A stretch of DNA of 64,000 bases from an uncultured delta proteobacterium. Lineage in GTDB: Bacteria; Desulfobacterota; Binatia; UBA9968. How positions within the stretch are numbered: the stretch's first letter is position 1; each line of letters begins with the position of its first letter. The position numbers and the translations under genes are program-made. A model generated the notes under the pieces. It had not been told where the DNA came from. It worked only from the letters and a program-made list of their open reading frames with translations, and searched no databases. Positions 52,767 to 62,685 of the stretch are shown one piece after another. The stretch covers positions 1 to 64,000 of the forward strand of contig CAVXEP010000017.1 of the NCBI GenBank assembly GCA_963760795.1, read 5' to 3'.

Positions 52767-52869
52767 CTATTGACTATACGCACGCTTCAAAAGCAGCGGG
52801 CCGATGCCCCAGAACACACCGGCGAGCAGCGCATAGGCGATGCCGGTTTGCAGTTCGGAACTGGAACAT
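52767..52869 (-). pseudogene. Truncated EamA/DMT transporter N-terminus
   Basis: M/SSSELQTGIAYALLAGVFWGIGPLLLKRAYSQ*; a typical first DMT helix ending right at the repeat composite. Confidence 0.6.
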
Positions 52870-52882
52870 GGACGAAGTAAGT

Positions 52883-53098
52883 TTACTTTTTCGTCTCTTC
52901 CTTCGCCTCGGTCATCTTCTTTTCGACGGTCTCAACGCCCTTGACCATGCCTTCCATCATCTTCTGTTCTTTCTGCGCGCCTTGTTGGATCGCCTGCTTG
53001 GCCGCTTCGTCGCGCGCCGCCTGATCCTCCTTGTTGCCGCAAGCCGGTAATGCCGCGACTAAGCAGAAAAGAACAATCATTCGAAATGTTTTACCCAC
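52883..53098 (-). CDS. Small lipoprotein
   Basis: GGAGG RBS, GTG start, hydrophobic stretch and lipobox LPAC, charged helical tail. Confidence 0.75.
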   Translation of the reverse strand: MGKTFRMIVLFCLVAALPACGNKEDQAARDEAAKQAIQQGAQKEQKMMEGMVKGVETVEKKMTEAKEETKK

Positions 53099-53211
53099 GA
53101 TAACCTCCAAGATTGATTTGCCAGCTCGTCCAGTTAGCAGGAACTCGCTAAGAGAAGCAACCTGCGGCATGACTGTTCTTTTGGCGTCGGTTTGTTATGC
53201 TTTTACAGACA

Positions 53212-54047
53212 ATGAAGCGGTTCCCCTTCACATCTGCGCTGATTGTTTTGGCGCTGTTTTTTCAAACTGTGCCGCTGCAGGGTCAAACAGCTGGGCGATT
53301 CAAGATCAGCGGGACTCTCAGCGCCACCGATTTGGGTAGCTGGCGAACCATTCAGAAAGGCGTCGAGCAGCGCAAGATCGCCTTCCAGCGCGCCGAGCCA
53401 AACTACACGCTGGAACTGAAGACTTTTGCGCTTCGATCCTAAAATCATCAGTGCGCGGATTCTGTCGAGCGGCGATTTCCAATTGAAAGGCGCCACGGTA
53501 AAAGACTTCGTTGAAAAGAGCGGCGCCATCGCGGCGATCAATGCCAACTATTTCGACGAGCGCGGCCGGCCGCTGGCCTATCTGAAAACCGCGGAACAAT
53601 GAAATCAATCGCGCAGTCTCCAAACACGCACTCTACACCGGCGTTTTCGCGGTCGCCGATGGCAATCCGCAGGTCATGCATCGCGACGATTTCTCGCCCG
53701 TCCAGGCGAGCGAAGCGCTCCAGTCCGGGCCACTGTTGTTAAACCACGGCGCGCCGGTGGAGACTTTGCGCAGCCTCGGCCGCTACGCCCGCCGAGCCGT
53801 GCTCGGCATGGACAAAGCCGGCCGCATCGTCATCGCGGTGACCGACGCCGTGCTCGGCGGCTTGAGTTTCGTCGAGCTGCAAGAGCTCTTTGCCAACGCC
53901 AAATGGCAACTGGACACCCCGGAGTTATTGAATCTCGATGGCGGCGGTTCCGCCCAGCTCTACTTCAAATCAGGCAGGTTGGAAGAATCGGTGCCCGGCA
54001 CCTCCGAAGTACCGGTGGCGATTGGCTTCTTCGTCAAAGCGAACTAA
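53212..54047 (+). CDS. Phosphodiester glycosidase (NAGPA-like) family exported protein (two indels)
   Basis: Signal peptide; AIAAINANYF, QSGPLL, ARRAVLG, LNLDGGGS. Confidence 0.82.
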
Positions 54048-54077
54048 CCGGTTTTTTCAAACACAGAGATTGTTTTG

Positions 54078-54155
54078 ACCACGAAGGCACGAAGGACACG
54101 AAGGTTTCGGATGATTAACGTTCCGAACTTCGTGAGCTTCGTGTCCTTCGTGATG
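54078..54155. repeat. CACGAAG/CTTCGTG 9-nt periodic inverted-repeat hairpin (uninterrupted form); possible bidirectional terminator between convergent genes
   Basis: ACCACGAAG GCACGAAG GACACGAAG GTTTCGGA..TCCGAA CTTCGTGAG CTTCGTGTC CTTCGTGAT. Confidence 0.85.
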
Positions 54156-54163
54156 AATGAGTA

Positions 54164-55611
54164 TTATTCCAACGAGCTGAAGGCCATTCGGCTCCAGTCG
54201 AGAGCATCGGCTGGCAGAATACCTAAATAGATCGTGCCGATCAGCGCGATGGCGATAGCGATGTAAACGAACGGCGCTTGGCGAAACGATTTTCCTTCAG
54301 CGCCGCCCTCTTCCATGTACATCGCGACAATCGACGCGCAGATAAAAAATCACCGACAGCAGGCTATTGAGCACGCCGATGATGGCGAGATCCAAATGGC
54401 CGGATAAAACCGCCGAGCGGAAAACATAGAACTTGCCGGTGAAACCGGCGAGCGGCGGAAAACCGGCGAGCGATAGCATGAACAGCGTCATGGCCAGCGC
54501 CAAGAACGGCCGCTTGAAGCCCAAGCCGGCAAAGTCGCTATAACTATCACGAGGCTCGTCAACCTCCGCCATGCTGCTGAGCACGGCGAAGGCGCCCATG
54601 GTCATGAATGAATAGGTGAGCAGATAGAACAGCAGCGGCAGCCCGCCCCACTCGACGCCGACCACAATGGGAATCAGCAGATATCCCGCATGGGCGATGC
54701 TGGAATAAGCCAGCATGCGTTTGACGCTAGGTTGGGTGATCGCCAGCAGGTTACCCAGAGTCATGGTGCCGATGGCGATGATCCAGAGGGGAAAAACCCA
54801 GTCGCTGTCCAACGGCGAGAGCTTGTAGAGCAGGATGCGCGCCCAGGCGGCGAAAGCGGCGGCTTTGACCGCCACCGACATGAAACCCGTCACCGGCGTC
54901 GGCGCGCCCTCGTAGACATCCGGCACCCAGAAATGAAACGGCACCGCGCCGACTTTGAAGGCAAAGCCGATCAGCAGCAAGAATCCGCCGCCGATCAGAT
55001 AGACCGGCCACTCGGTGGGCTGGTCGAGCAGATAAGCGGAGATTTGGGTTAAATTAGTCGAACCCGTGGCGCCGTAAATCAAGGCGATGCCATAGAGTAA
55101 GAAACCGGTGGCGAACGCACCCATGATGAAATATTTCATCGACGCTTCGCTGGAGCGGCCGTTGGCGCGCCACATGCCGGTGAGCACGTAGACCGCGATC
55201 GACATGGTCTCCAAGCCAAGAAAGAAAACCATCAAATCGTTGGCCGCCGCCATGACGATCATGCCCACGGTGGCGAACAGGATCAGGGCGTAAAATTCAC
55301 CCTCGCGGATGCCGGTCTGGCGCACATAATGGATCGAGGTGAGAATGGTCAGCGCTGCCGCCATGATAAAAATCATCGCGAAAAACAACGCGAAGCGGTC
55401 GAGCATGATAGCTGTCGTTGAACGCGCTTTCCTGCCCGCCGCCGATCAACAACAGGACCTCAGCCGCGGCCAGAGCGAGTCCGATGAGGCTGTAGAGCGC
55501 CAAGACCCCGCGCGGCTCGCCGTCCTTGATGAACAGATCGCGCATGGTGACCACCAATGCGGCGACCAGCACTTGCAGCGCCGGGAGCAGAGGCAGGAGA
55601 TTAACGTCCAT
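54164..55611 (-). CDS. nuoN: NADH-quinone oxidoreductase subunit N (indels ~54335, ~55407)
   Basis: GEFYAL, EASMKYF, FKVGAVPFHFWVPDVYEGAPTP, KRMLAYSSIAHAGY. Confidence 0.93.
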
Positions 55612-57154
55612 CGTTCTTGCGCTCCGCGCTGACACCGGATTGGGCAGCCACCGGTATGACTGGCATGGTGAAGATTCGTTTCAAATTAACGTCCACCGCC
55701 GGCTGCATGCGGCTCAAGAACGGCTGCGGATAGACACCCATGTAGAGGATCAAGAAAATGATCGGCGCTAAAATGACCCATTCCCGGCAATTTAGATCTT
55801 GCAGCTTTTGATTCTCCGGGTTGTTGAGCGGTCCGAAGATCACCCGGCGAAACATCCACAGCATATAGATCGCGCCAAGAATCACGCCGGTGGCGGCCAC
55901 CGCGGTCCAGCGCGGGGTCACGCTAAACGATCCGAGCAAGATCAGGAACTCGCCGACGAAACCGTTCAGGCCAGGCAGCCCGATGGACGAAAAGGTCACG
56001 ACCAGAAGCAAAGCTGAAAACACCGGCATCTGTTTCCACAGCCCGCCAAACTCCACGATCATCCGCGTATGGCGGCGGTCGTAGATCATGCCGACCATGA
56101 GAAACAGCGCGCCGGTGGACAGGCCATGGCTGAGCATTTGATAGATGCTGCCCTGCACGCCCTGCATGTTGAGGGCGCAGAGTCCGAGCATGACGAAACC
56201 CAAATGGCTGACCGACGAATAGGCGACGAGCTTCTTAATGTCGCTCTGCATCATCGCCACCACCGCGCCGTAGATGATGCCGATGACCGACAGGGCGACC
56301 AGGTAGGGCATCAGCGCGATCGCCGCGTCGGGAAAGAGCGGCATGGCGAAGCGCAAAAAGCCGTAGGTGCCGAGCTTCAACAGCACGCCGGCAAGAATCA
56401 CCGATCCGGCGGTGGGTGCCTCCACATGGGCGTCAGGAAGCCAGGTATGAAACGGAAACAGCGGGACCTTGATAGCGAACGACAACGCGAAAGCGAGGAA
56501 CAGCCAGGTTTGCTGCTCAACCGGCAGATGCAGGTCATAGAGTTGCAAGACATCGAAGGTCAGCACCTGGGTGACCTGGGCGTGGCGTGTGGCCAGATAA
56601 ATAATCGCCACCAGCATGAGCAAACTGCCGGCCATGGTGAACAGGACGAATTTCACCGCCGCATAGATGCGCCGCGTGCCGCCCCACACACCGATCAAAA
56701 AATACATCGGCACCAGCATCACTTCCCAGAAGACATAGAACAGCACCAGATCGAGCGCTAAGAACGCGCCAAGCATGCCGGTTTCCAAGAGCAGCATAAA
56801 AATCAAATACTCTTTGACCTTGTCGCGCACCGACCAGGAAGCCAACAGCGCCAGCGGCATGAGAAAAGTCGTGAGCAAAACCAGAAAAATGCTGATGCCG
56901 TCGATGCCGAGAATATATTGAATGCCAAAGGCCGGCATCCACGCCACCCGCTCGACCAGCTGCATCTCGCCATTAGTGCCGTCGAAGCGGTCGAGAATTT
57001 TTAGCGACCAGAGAAACGCCACCGCGCTGGCGAGCAATGCAAAGGAGAACAGCCCGGCCGACTGGCGCCGCGGCAAAAACACTAACACCGCCGCGCCGAT
57101 CACCGGGATGGCGAGTAGCAGAGTCAAATCTCCGAAACCCTGGGCTGACATCAT
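55601..57154 (-). CDS. nuoM: NADH-quinone oxidoreductase subunit M
   Basis: GIDGIS, FYVFWE, KVPLFPFHTWLPDAHVEAPT, AYSSVSHLG. Confidence 0.96.
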   Translation of the reverse strand: MMSAQGFGDLTLLLAIPVIGAAVLVFLPRRQSAGLFSFALLASAVAFLWSLKILDRFDGTNGEMQLVERVAWMPAFGIQYILGIDGISIFLVLLTTFLMPLALLASWSVRDKVKEYLIFMLLLETGMLGAFLALDLVLFYVFWEVMLVPMYFLIGVWGGTRRIYAAVKFVLFTMAGSLLMLVAIIYLATRHAQVTQVLTFDVLQLYDLHLPVEQQTWLFLAFALSFAIKVPLFPFHTWLPDAHVEAPTAGSVILAGVLLKLGTYGFLRFAMPLFPDAAIALMPYLVALSVIGIIYGAVVAMMQSDIKKLVAYSSVSHLGFVMLGLCALNMQGVQGSIYQMLSHGLSTGALFLMVGMIYDRRHTRMIVEFGGLWKQMPVFSALLLVVTFSSIGLPGLNGFVGEFLILLGSFSVTPRWTAVAATGVILGAIYMLWMFRRVIFGPLNNPENQKLQDLNCREWVILAPIIFLILYMGVYPQPFLSRMQPAVDVNLKRIFTMPVIPVAAQSGVSAERKNDGR

Positions 57155-59053
57155 GACAGTTGTCCGAGGTAGTAGGCGAGCAGCGCCAGGGCGCCGACCA
57201 AAAACATCGCCGCGTAGTGCTGTACGTTACCGGTCTGCAAACCGCGCCAGACGGTGCTAAAACCGCGCACCGTGGCGGCCAGGCCATTGACCGCGCCGTC
57301 GATCACCCAAGGATCGACGATGCTGGCGAAAAATTTCGCCAGCGCGGTGAACGGACGGACGAAAACAAAATCGTAAATTTCGTCGACGTAATATTTGTTA
57401 AGCGAAATGTCGTAGAAAATGCCGTTGGCTGTCTGCTGCGCGGTCTGCGCCCCAGGCTTACCGTACATGAGGTAAGCGAGATAAATTCCCGCGGCCACCA
57501 CGGCCAAAGTCAGGGCGGTCACCAATAATTCGGTGCTTACGGTACCATGATGTTCCGCGACCGCGCCAAAGGTCGGCGCTAGCCAATGGTCCCAACGGCT
57601 GCCCCAGAGATATTCCGGCGCGCCCAACCAGCCGGTGAAGATCGAACCGACGGCAAGAATCATCAGCGGCCAAGTCATCACCGCCGGCGATTCATGCAGA
57701 TGCGCCTTGGCATGGTCATCGGCGCGGCACTCGCCGTGAAAGACCATGAATAGTTGACGAAACATGTAAAACGCGGTCATGCCCGCGGTGATTAGCCCGA
57801 CGCCCCACAAGATTCCTGCGCCATGGCTGAAGGTCTGCCAGAGAATCAAATCTTTGGAGAAAAAACCGGCGGTGAACGGCACCCCGGCGATCGCCAGCGT
57901 GGCGACGACATAGGTCCAGTAGGTCTTGGGCATATGCGTCTTGAGGCCGCCCATCTTGCGCATATCCTGCTCGCCGCCGAGGGCGTGGATCACACTGCCC
58001 GAACCCAAGAACAGGCAAGCTTTGAAAAATGCATGGGTGAAGACATGAAAGATCGCCGCGCCAAAGGCGCCCATGCCGACGGCGAGAAACATGTAACCCA
58101 ACTGGCTCACCGTCGAGTAGGCCAGGACTTTCTTAATATCGTTCTGGGTCAGCGCGATGGTGGCGGCGAAAAATGCCGTCGCCGCGCCGATCACGGCGAT
58201 CACCGCCAAGGTCGCCGGCGCCAAGGCGAAGAGAAAATGCAGCCGCGCCGTCATATAGACGCCGGCGGTGACCATGGTGGCGGCGTGAATCAACGCGCTC
58301 ACCGGCGTCGGCCCAGCCATGGCATCGGGCAGCCAGACGAACAGCGGTAGCTGCGCCGATTTGCCGGTGGCGCCGATAAAAAGCAGAAAGGTAATCAACG
58401 TGATCGTGCCGGGTTGCAGCAGCTTCACATGCCTGCTGCAATTCGACGAAGTCCAAAGTCCAAATGCCCTGGCGGCCCAACTCCGCCACCAAAACGAAAA
58501 TGCCGAGGATGAAACCCAAGTCGCCGATGCGGTTGACGATGAACGCTTTATTGCCGGCGATGGTATTGTTGTGATCGTGGTACCAGAAGCCGATCAAAAG
58601 ATAAGAACAGAGACCGACGCCCTCCCAGCCGACAAACAGCAAGAGCAGATTGTCGCCCATGACCAGCACAAGCATGAAAAAGATAAACAGGTTGAGGTAG
58701 ATAAAAAAGCGCACCATGTCCGGGTCATGGCCCATGTAACCCAAGGAATAGAGATGGATTAAAAAACCGATGCCGGTGACGATGAGCAGCATCACCGCCG
58801 TCAGGGCATCGACTTGAAAGGCGAGATTGACCTGAAAAGAGCCCGACTGAATCCAGGTATAAACCAGATCGCGAAAAATTCCCGTTGCCGGCAGCTGCCA
58901 AAATATATAGAAAGCCAGCGCGAACGATGCGCCCACCGCCGCCGACGCCAGAGCGCCGGCAGTTTGCTTGCCCAGGGCGCGGCCAAAGAACAAATTGATC
59001 ACGCTGCCCAACAGCGGAATCAGCGGAATCCAGCGCAGCAGATCGGTGCTCAT
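57151..59053 (-). CDS. nuoL: NADH-quinone oxidoreductase subunit L (indel ~58430)
   Basis: WEGVGLCSYLLIGFW, GKSAQLPL..WLPDAMAGPTPVSALIHAATMV, THAFFKA. Confidence 0.95.
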
Positions 59054-59071
59054 ACAGGTTTTGACTAGTCT

Positions 59072-59383
59072 CTACCATTTGAGCAGCTGCATCTCCTGGG
59101 GATCCAAAGATTGGCGATGGCGATAGACGGATATGATGATGGCAAGGCCGATCACAGCTTCAGCGGCGGCCACCGCCATGACGAAAAACACCGCCACCTG
59201 GCCGTCGGTCGAGCCCAGATAGCGTGAGAACGCGATAAAAGTCAGGTTGACGGCGTTGAGCATGAGCTCGATGGACATGAGAATGACGATCAGATTGCGC
59301 CGGATCAGCACGCCGACGACGCCGATGGCGAAGACCACCGCGCTTAGAATCAGATAGTAATGCAGCGCAATCATGGAACTCAA
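59072..59383 (-). CDS. nuoK: NADH-quinone oxidoreductase subunit K
   Basis: [21 protein letters not shown]. Confidence 0.95.
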   Translation of the reverse strand: MSSMIALHYYLILSAVVFAIGVVGVLIRRNLIVILMSIELMLNAVNLTFIAFSRYLGSTDGQVAVFFVMAVAAAEAVIGLAIIISVYRHRQSLDPQEMQLLKW

Positions 59384-59874
59384 TTTTCTCGCTTGGCCAA
59401 AACCACCGCGCCGATGATCGCCACCAGCAACAACACCGAGGCGATTTCGAAGGGCAGAACAAAATCACTGAACAAACTTTTAGCCAACATTTCGGGACTG
59501 CCGAACAACTCCGTGGCCGCCACCGGATCGGCCGGCAAATCGTTGATCATCACCAAAGGCACCAACACACCGGCCAACATCAGCGCGAGCATTGTGCCGA
59601 AGCCCCACCATAGGCCGCGCTGCCGTTCCAGCGCGGCCGGGTTGAGAAGCATGATGACGAAAAGAAACAAGACCATGATTGCGCCGGCATAGACCATCAC
59701 CTGCAACACCCCGACCATGGGCGCCTGCAAAGTGACGAACAACACCGCGATCAAGAGCAGCGCCGAAACCAGCGCCATGGCGCAGTGCACGACGTTGCGC
59801 AAAAACACCACCAGCAGCGACGCGATCACCAGCAAGGTGGCCAACAGGTAGAAAATCAGACTCGCGGTATCCAT
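59380..59874 (-). CDS. nuoJ: NADH-quinone oxidoreductase subunit J
   Basis: [32 protein letters not shown]. Confidence 0.95.
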   Translation of the reverse strand: MDTASLIFYLLATLLVIASLLVVFLRNVVHCAMALVSALLLIAVLFVTLQAPMVGVLQVMVYAGAIMVLFLFVIMLLNPAALERQRGLWWGFGTMLALMLAGVLVPLVMINDLPADPVAATELFGSPEMLAKSLFSDFVLPFEIASVLLLVAIIGAVVLAKREN

Positions 59875-59886
59875 GGATTCAATCGT

Positions 59887-61017
59887 TCACTGTGCCGCCA
59901 GGATCCAAATCGCCGTGGCGACGACGTTAAGCAGTGCCAGCGGCAAAAGCATTTTCCAACCCAAGCGCATGACCTGGTCGTAGCGAAAGCGCGGCACACT
60001 CCAGCGCAATAAGATCTGCAGCCAGCAGAAAAAAATCACTTTGACGGTGAATGCCGTCACCTGCAGCAGGACGATAAAGACATGCGGCAGCAGCCAGGTG
60101 CCGCCCCAGGGGAAATGGAAACCGTCGCGCAAAAGATAGGGCACCTGCCAGCCGCCGAAGAACAGCGTCGTCACCAAACCCGCGACGGTGACAACCTCAG
60201 CGAACTCACCGGCAAAAAACATCAAGAACTTGCCGCCGGAATACTCGACATGATAGCCGGCGACCAACTCCGACTCCCCTTCCGGCAAGTCGAACGGGAT
60301 GCGTTTGGTCTCCGCCACCGCGGCGGTAAAAAAAAGCAAAAAGGCCAGCGGCTGGAGAAAAATCCCCCAGGCCGGTAGCCAACCGACGATTGGACTTAAG
60401 AAACTCAGCCAGCTGGGCATGAGATCGCGGATCAGCGCGCCCTGGCCGCGGGCGATGTCTTGCAGCTCTAACGTCCCGTAAACCATCAAGACGCCCATGA
60501 CGGATAAGCCCATGGCGATTTCATAGGAGATCATCTGCGCCGAGCCGCGCACGCCGCCGAGCATGGAAAATTTATTGTTCGACGCCCAGGCGCCGATGAC
60601 GATGCCGTAGACACCGAGCGAGCCCATGGCGAAGACGTAGAGTATGCCGATGTTGAGATTGGCCACTTGCAGGTTGATCGAGCGCTCGCCGATGTTGAGG
60701 ACATCGCCAAACGGAATGACCGCGAAGGTGACCAGCGCCGGGAACAGCGCCATGCACGGCGCCAAGGTGTGCAAGAAGCGGTCGCCCGTGGGCGGAATGA
60801 AGTCTTCCTTAAAAAGAAACTTGAGCGGATCGGCGATCAACGTATTGACGAGACCCATACCGGCGAAACCTAAAATCGACGCCCGGTTGGCGCCGATGCG
60901 GTCTTGGATCAGCGCGCTGCCCTTGCGCTCGATCCAGCCGAGAACGCCGGCGAGGTTGAGCACCATACCGACAACCAGCACAGCTTTAAGAATGATAATC
61001 GCGAGGTCGACGATCAT
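59887..61017 (-). CDS. nuoH: NADH-quinone oxidoreductase subunit H
   Basis: ERK..A.IQDRIG, AQMISYE, PFDLPEGESELV, PRFRYDQ. Confidence 0.96.
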   Translation of the reverse strand: MIVDLAIIILKAVLVVGMVLNLAGVLGWIERKGSALIQDRIGANRASILGFAGMGLVNTLIADPLKFLFKEDFIPPTGDRFLHTLAPCMALFPALVTFAVIPFGDVLNIGERSINLQVANLNIGILYVFAMGSLGVYGIVIGAWASNNKFSMLGGVRGSAQMISYEIAMGLSVMGVLMVYGTLELQDIARGQGALIRDLMPSWLSFLSPIVGWLPAWGIFLQPLAFLLFFTAAVAETKRIPFDLPEGESELVAGYHVEYSGGKFLMFFAGEFAEVVTVAGLVTTLFFGGWQVPYLLRDGFHFPWGGTWLLPHVFIVLLQVTAFTVKVIFFCWLQILLRWSVPRFRYDQVMRLGWKMLLPLALLNVVATAIWILAAQ

Positions 61018-62603
61018 GACGCTGCGCCACCGCCACTTCCCAATTCATACCCTTGATCGCCGATCGAGTCGTAGGTTAGTCCATTGTAGGCGATCACTTC
61101 CTTGGTCAACGCCGTGAAAATGTCGCCGGGCGTCGCATAGTCGAGCTTTTGCCCCGCGCCATCGAGTAAGCGTATAAAAATCTCGCTGTCTTGGCGCGCC
61201 CCTTCGGGGCAGATCACGGCGGCATTAAGCTTTTGCACCCGGCCCTGGCGATTGGTGTAGGTGCCCTCTTTCTCGCCAAAATGCGCCGCCGGTAAAACCA
61301 CCTGGGCTAACTTGGCGGTCTCGGTCAGCTTGGTATCTTGTACCACCAGGAAACTAAGTTTCTCTAAAGCGCTGCGAATCTTCGCGCTGTCGCCATTGGC
61401 GCCGAGCAAGTCCTCGCCGACGATGAAGGCGCTGGAAAAATGATTACCGGCCAATGCTTGCATCAGCCCCGCGAAACCGCCGCTGCAACTAACTCCCATA
61501 TCGCGGGCGCCGCGGAAATTCGGCGAGCGGTCCGGGCTCATCAGAATCTTTTGAACTTCGGTGAGTTGGCGTTCCTGATAAAAAACTTCCATGGAACAAT
61601 CGTTGGCGAGCTTGGGCACTAGCTTGGCGAATAAGTATGCCTCCTCGTTGGTACTGCGGCCGGAAAGAATTCCCGCCAGCGGCTGCGCGCCGCGCAGACC
61701 ATTGACCACGGCTTGCAATGCCGCCTCCCAAGTCGCCGGTACCAGTCCGCCTTCCTGGCGAATCAGCGGCGTGGTCAGCCGCTCGCCGCCGGCGAGATCG
61801 TGAAAACAGTAACGCCCCTCGTCGCAGATCCAGTGGCTGTTGACCGCTTCGTTCTGGCGCGGTTTGAAGCGCGCAATTTTGTTTTGATAGGCCTCGACGC
61901 TGATGTTGCAGCCGGTGCTGCAGCCTGGACAGATGGACGGGGTCTTGTCTAAATACCAGACCCGCACCTTGAAACGAAAATCCCGGTCGGTGAGCGCGCC
62001 CACCGGGCAGATGTCGACGACGTTGGCGGATAACGGGTTGTCGAGCACGGCATCGTCGAACAGCGAAATCGTCGAGTGATCGCCGCGGTTGATCACCGCC
62101 AGCTCATGGGTCTTGGTGATCTCTTGGCAAAAGCGCACGCAGCGGGTGCACTTGATGCAGCGCTCGCCGTCGAAAACCACATTGGGGCCAAAGATGGTTT
62201 TCTTGCGGTCGTGGATCTTGCCGACTTCGAGGCGGCTCTCCTCGCGGTTATGCTCCATGTAGTAATTCTGCAACTGGCACTCGCCGGCCTGGTCGCAGAT
62301 CGGGCAATCCACCGGGTGATTGATCAGCAGAAATTCCAACACCGCTTTGCGCACCGCGACCACCTTGGGACTTTGGGTCAGGATCGACATGCCCTCGGTC
62401 ACCTGGGTATTGCAGGCGATCTGCAGCTTGGGCATTTTTTCGATCTCGACCATGCACATGCGGCAGTTGCCGGCGATGGACAGCTTCGGGTGATAACAGT
62501 AGTGCGGGATCGCCACGCCGGCCTCGGCCGCCGCCTGAATCACGGTCTTGCCTTTGCTGGTGACGACTTCTTGGCCGTCAACGATGATCTTTACTGGATC
62601 CAT
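61014..62603 (-). CDS. nuoG: NADH-quinone oxidoreductase subunit G (short form)
   Basis: CYHPKL..AGNCRMC, HPVDCPICDQAGEC, CIKCTRC, CPGCSTGC. Confidence 0.9.
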   Translation of the reverse strand: MDPVKIIVDGQEVVTSKGKTVIQAAAEAGVAIPHYCYHPKLSIAGNCRMCMVEIEKMPKLQIACNTQVTEGMSILTQSPKVVAVRKAVLEFLLINHPVDCPICDQAGECQLQNYYMEHNREESRLEVGKIHDRKKTIFGPNVVFDGERCIKCTRCVRFCQEITKTHELAVINRGDHSTISLFDDAVLDNPLSANVVDICPVGALTDRDFRFKVRVWYLDKTPSICPGCSTGCNISVEAYQNKIARFKPRQNEAVNSHWICDEGRYCFHDLAGGERLTTPLIRQEGGLVPATWEAALQAVVNGLRGAQPLAGILSGRSTNEEAYLFAKLVPKLANDCSMEVFYQERQLTEVQKILMSPDRSPNFRGARDMGVSCSGGFAGLMQALAGNHFSSAFIVGEDLLGANGDSAKIRSALEKLSFLVVQDTKLTETAKLAQVVLPAAHFGEKEGTYTNRQGRVQKLNAAVICPEGARQDSEIFIRLLDGAGQKLDYATPGDIFTALTKEVIAYNGLTYDSIGDQGYELGSGGGAAS

Positions 62604-62611
62604 AATGAAGA

Positions 62612-62683
62612 TTGGAGTGATGGAGTACTGGAGTGTTGGAGTATTGCGTCCGGACCCATCACTCCATCACTCCGATACTCCAT
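62612..62683. repeat. GGAGT/ACTCC 8-nt periodic inverted-repeat hairpin between nuoF and nuoG
   Basis: TTGGAGTG ATGGAGTA CTGGAGTG TTGGAGTA ... CACTCCAT CACTCCGA TACTCCAT; same family as 41574. Confidence 0.85.
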
Positions 62684-62685
62684 TC

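Noticed and set aside
53590-53605. TGA within the phosphodiester glycosidase gene as a Sec codon
   Set aside because: Homologous sequence continues in a different frame (NEINRAVSK), so it is an indel; no redox motif is present.
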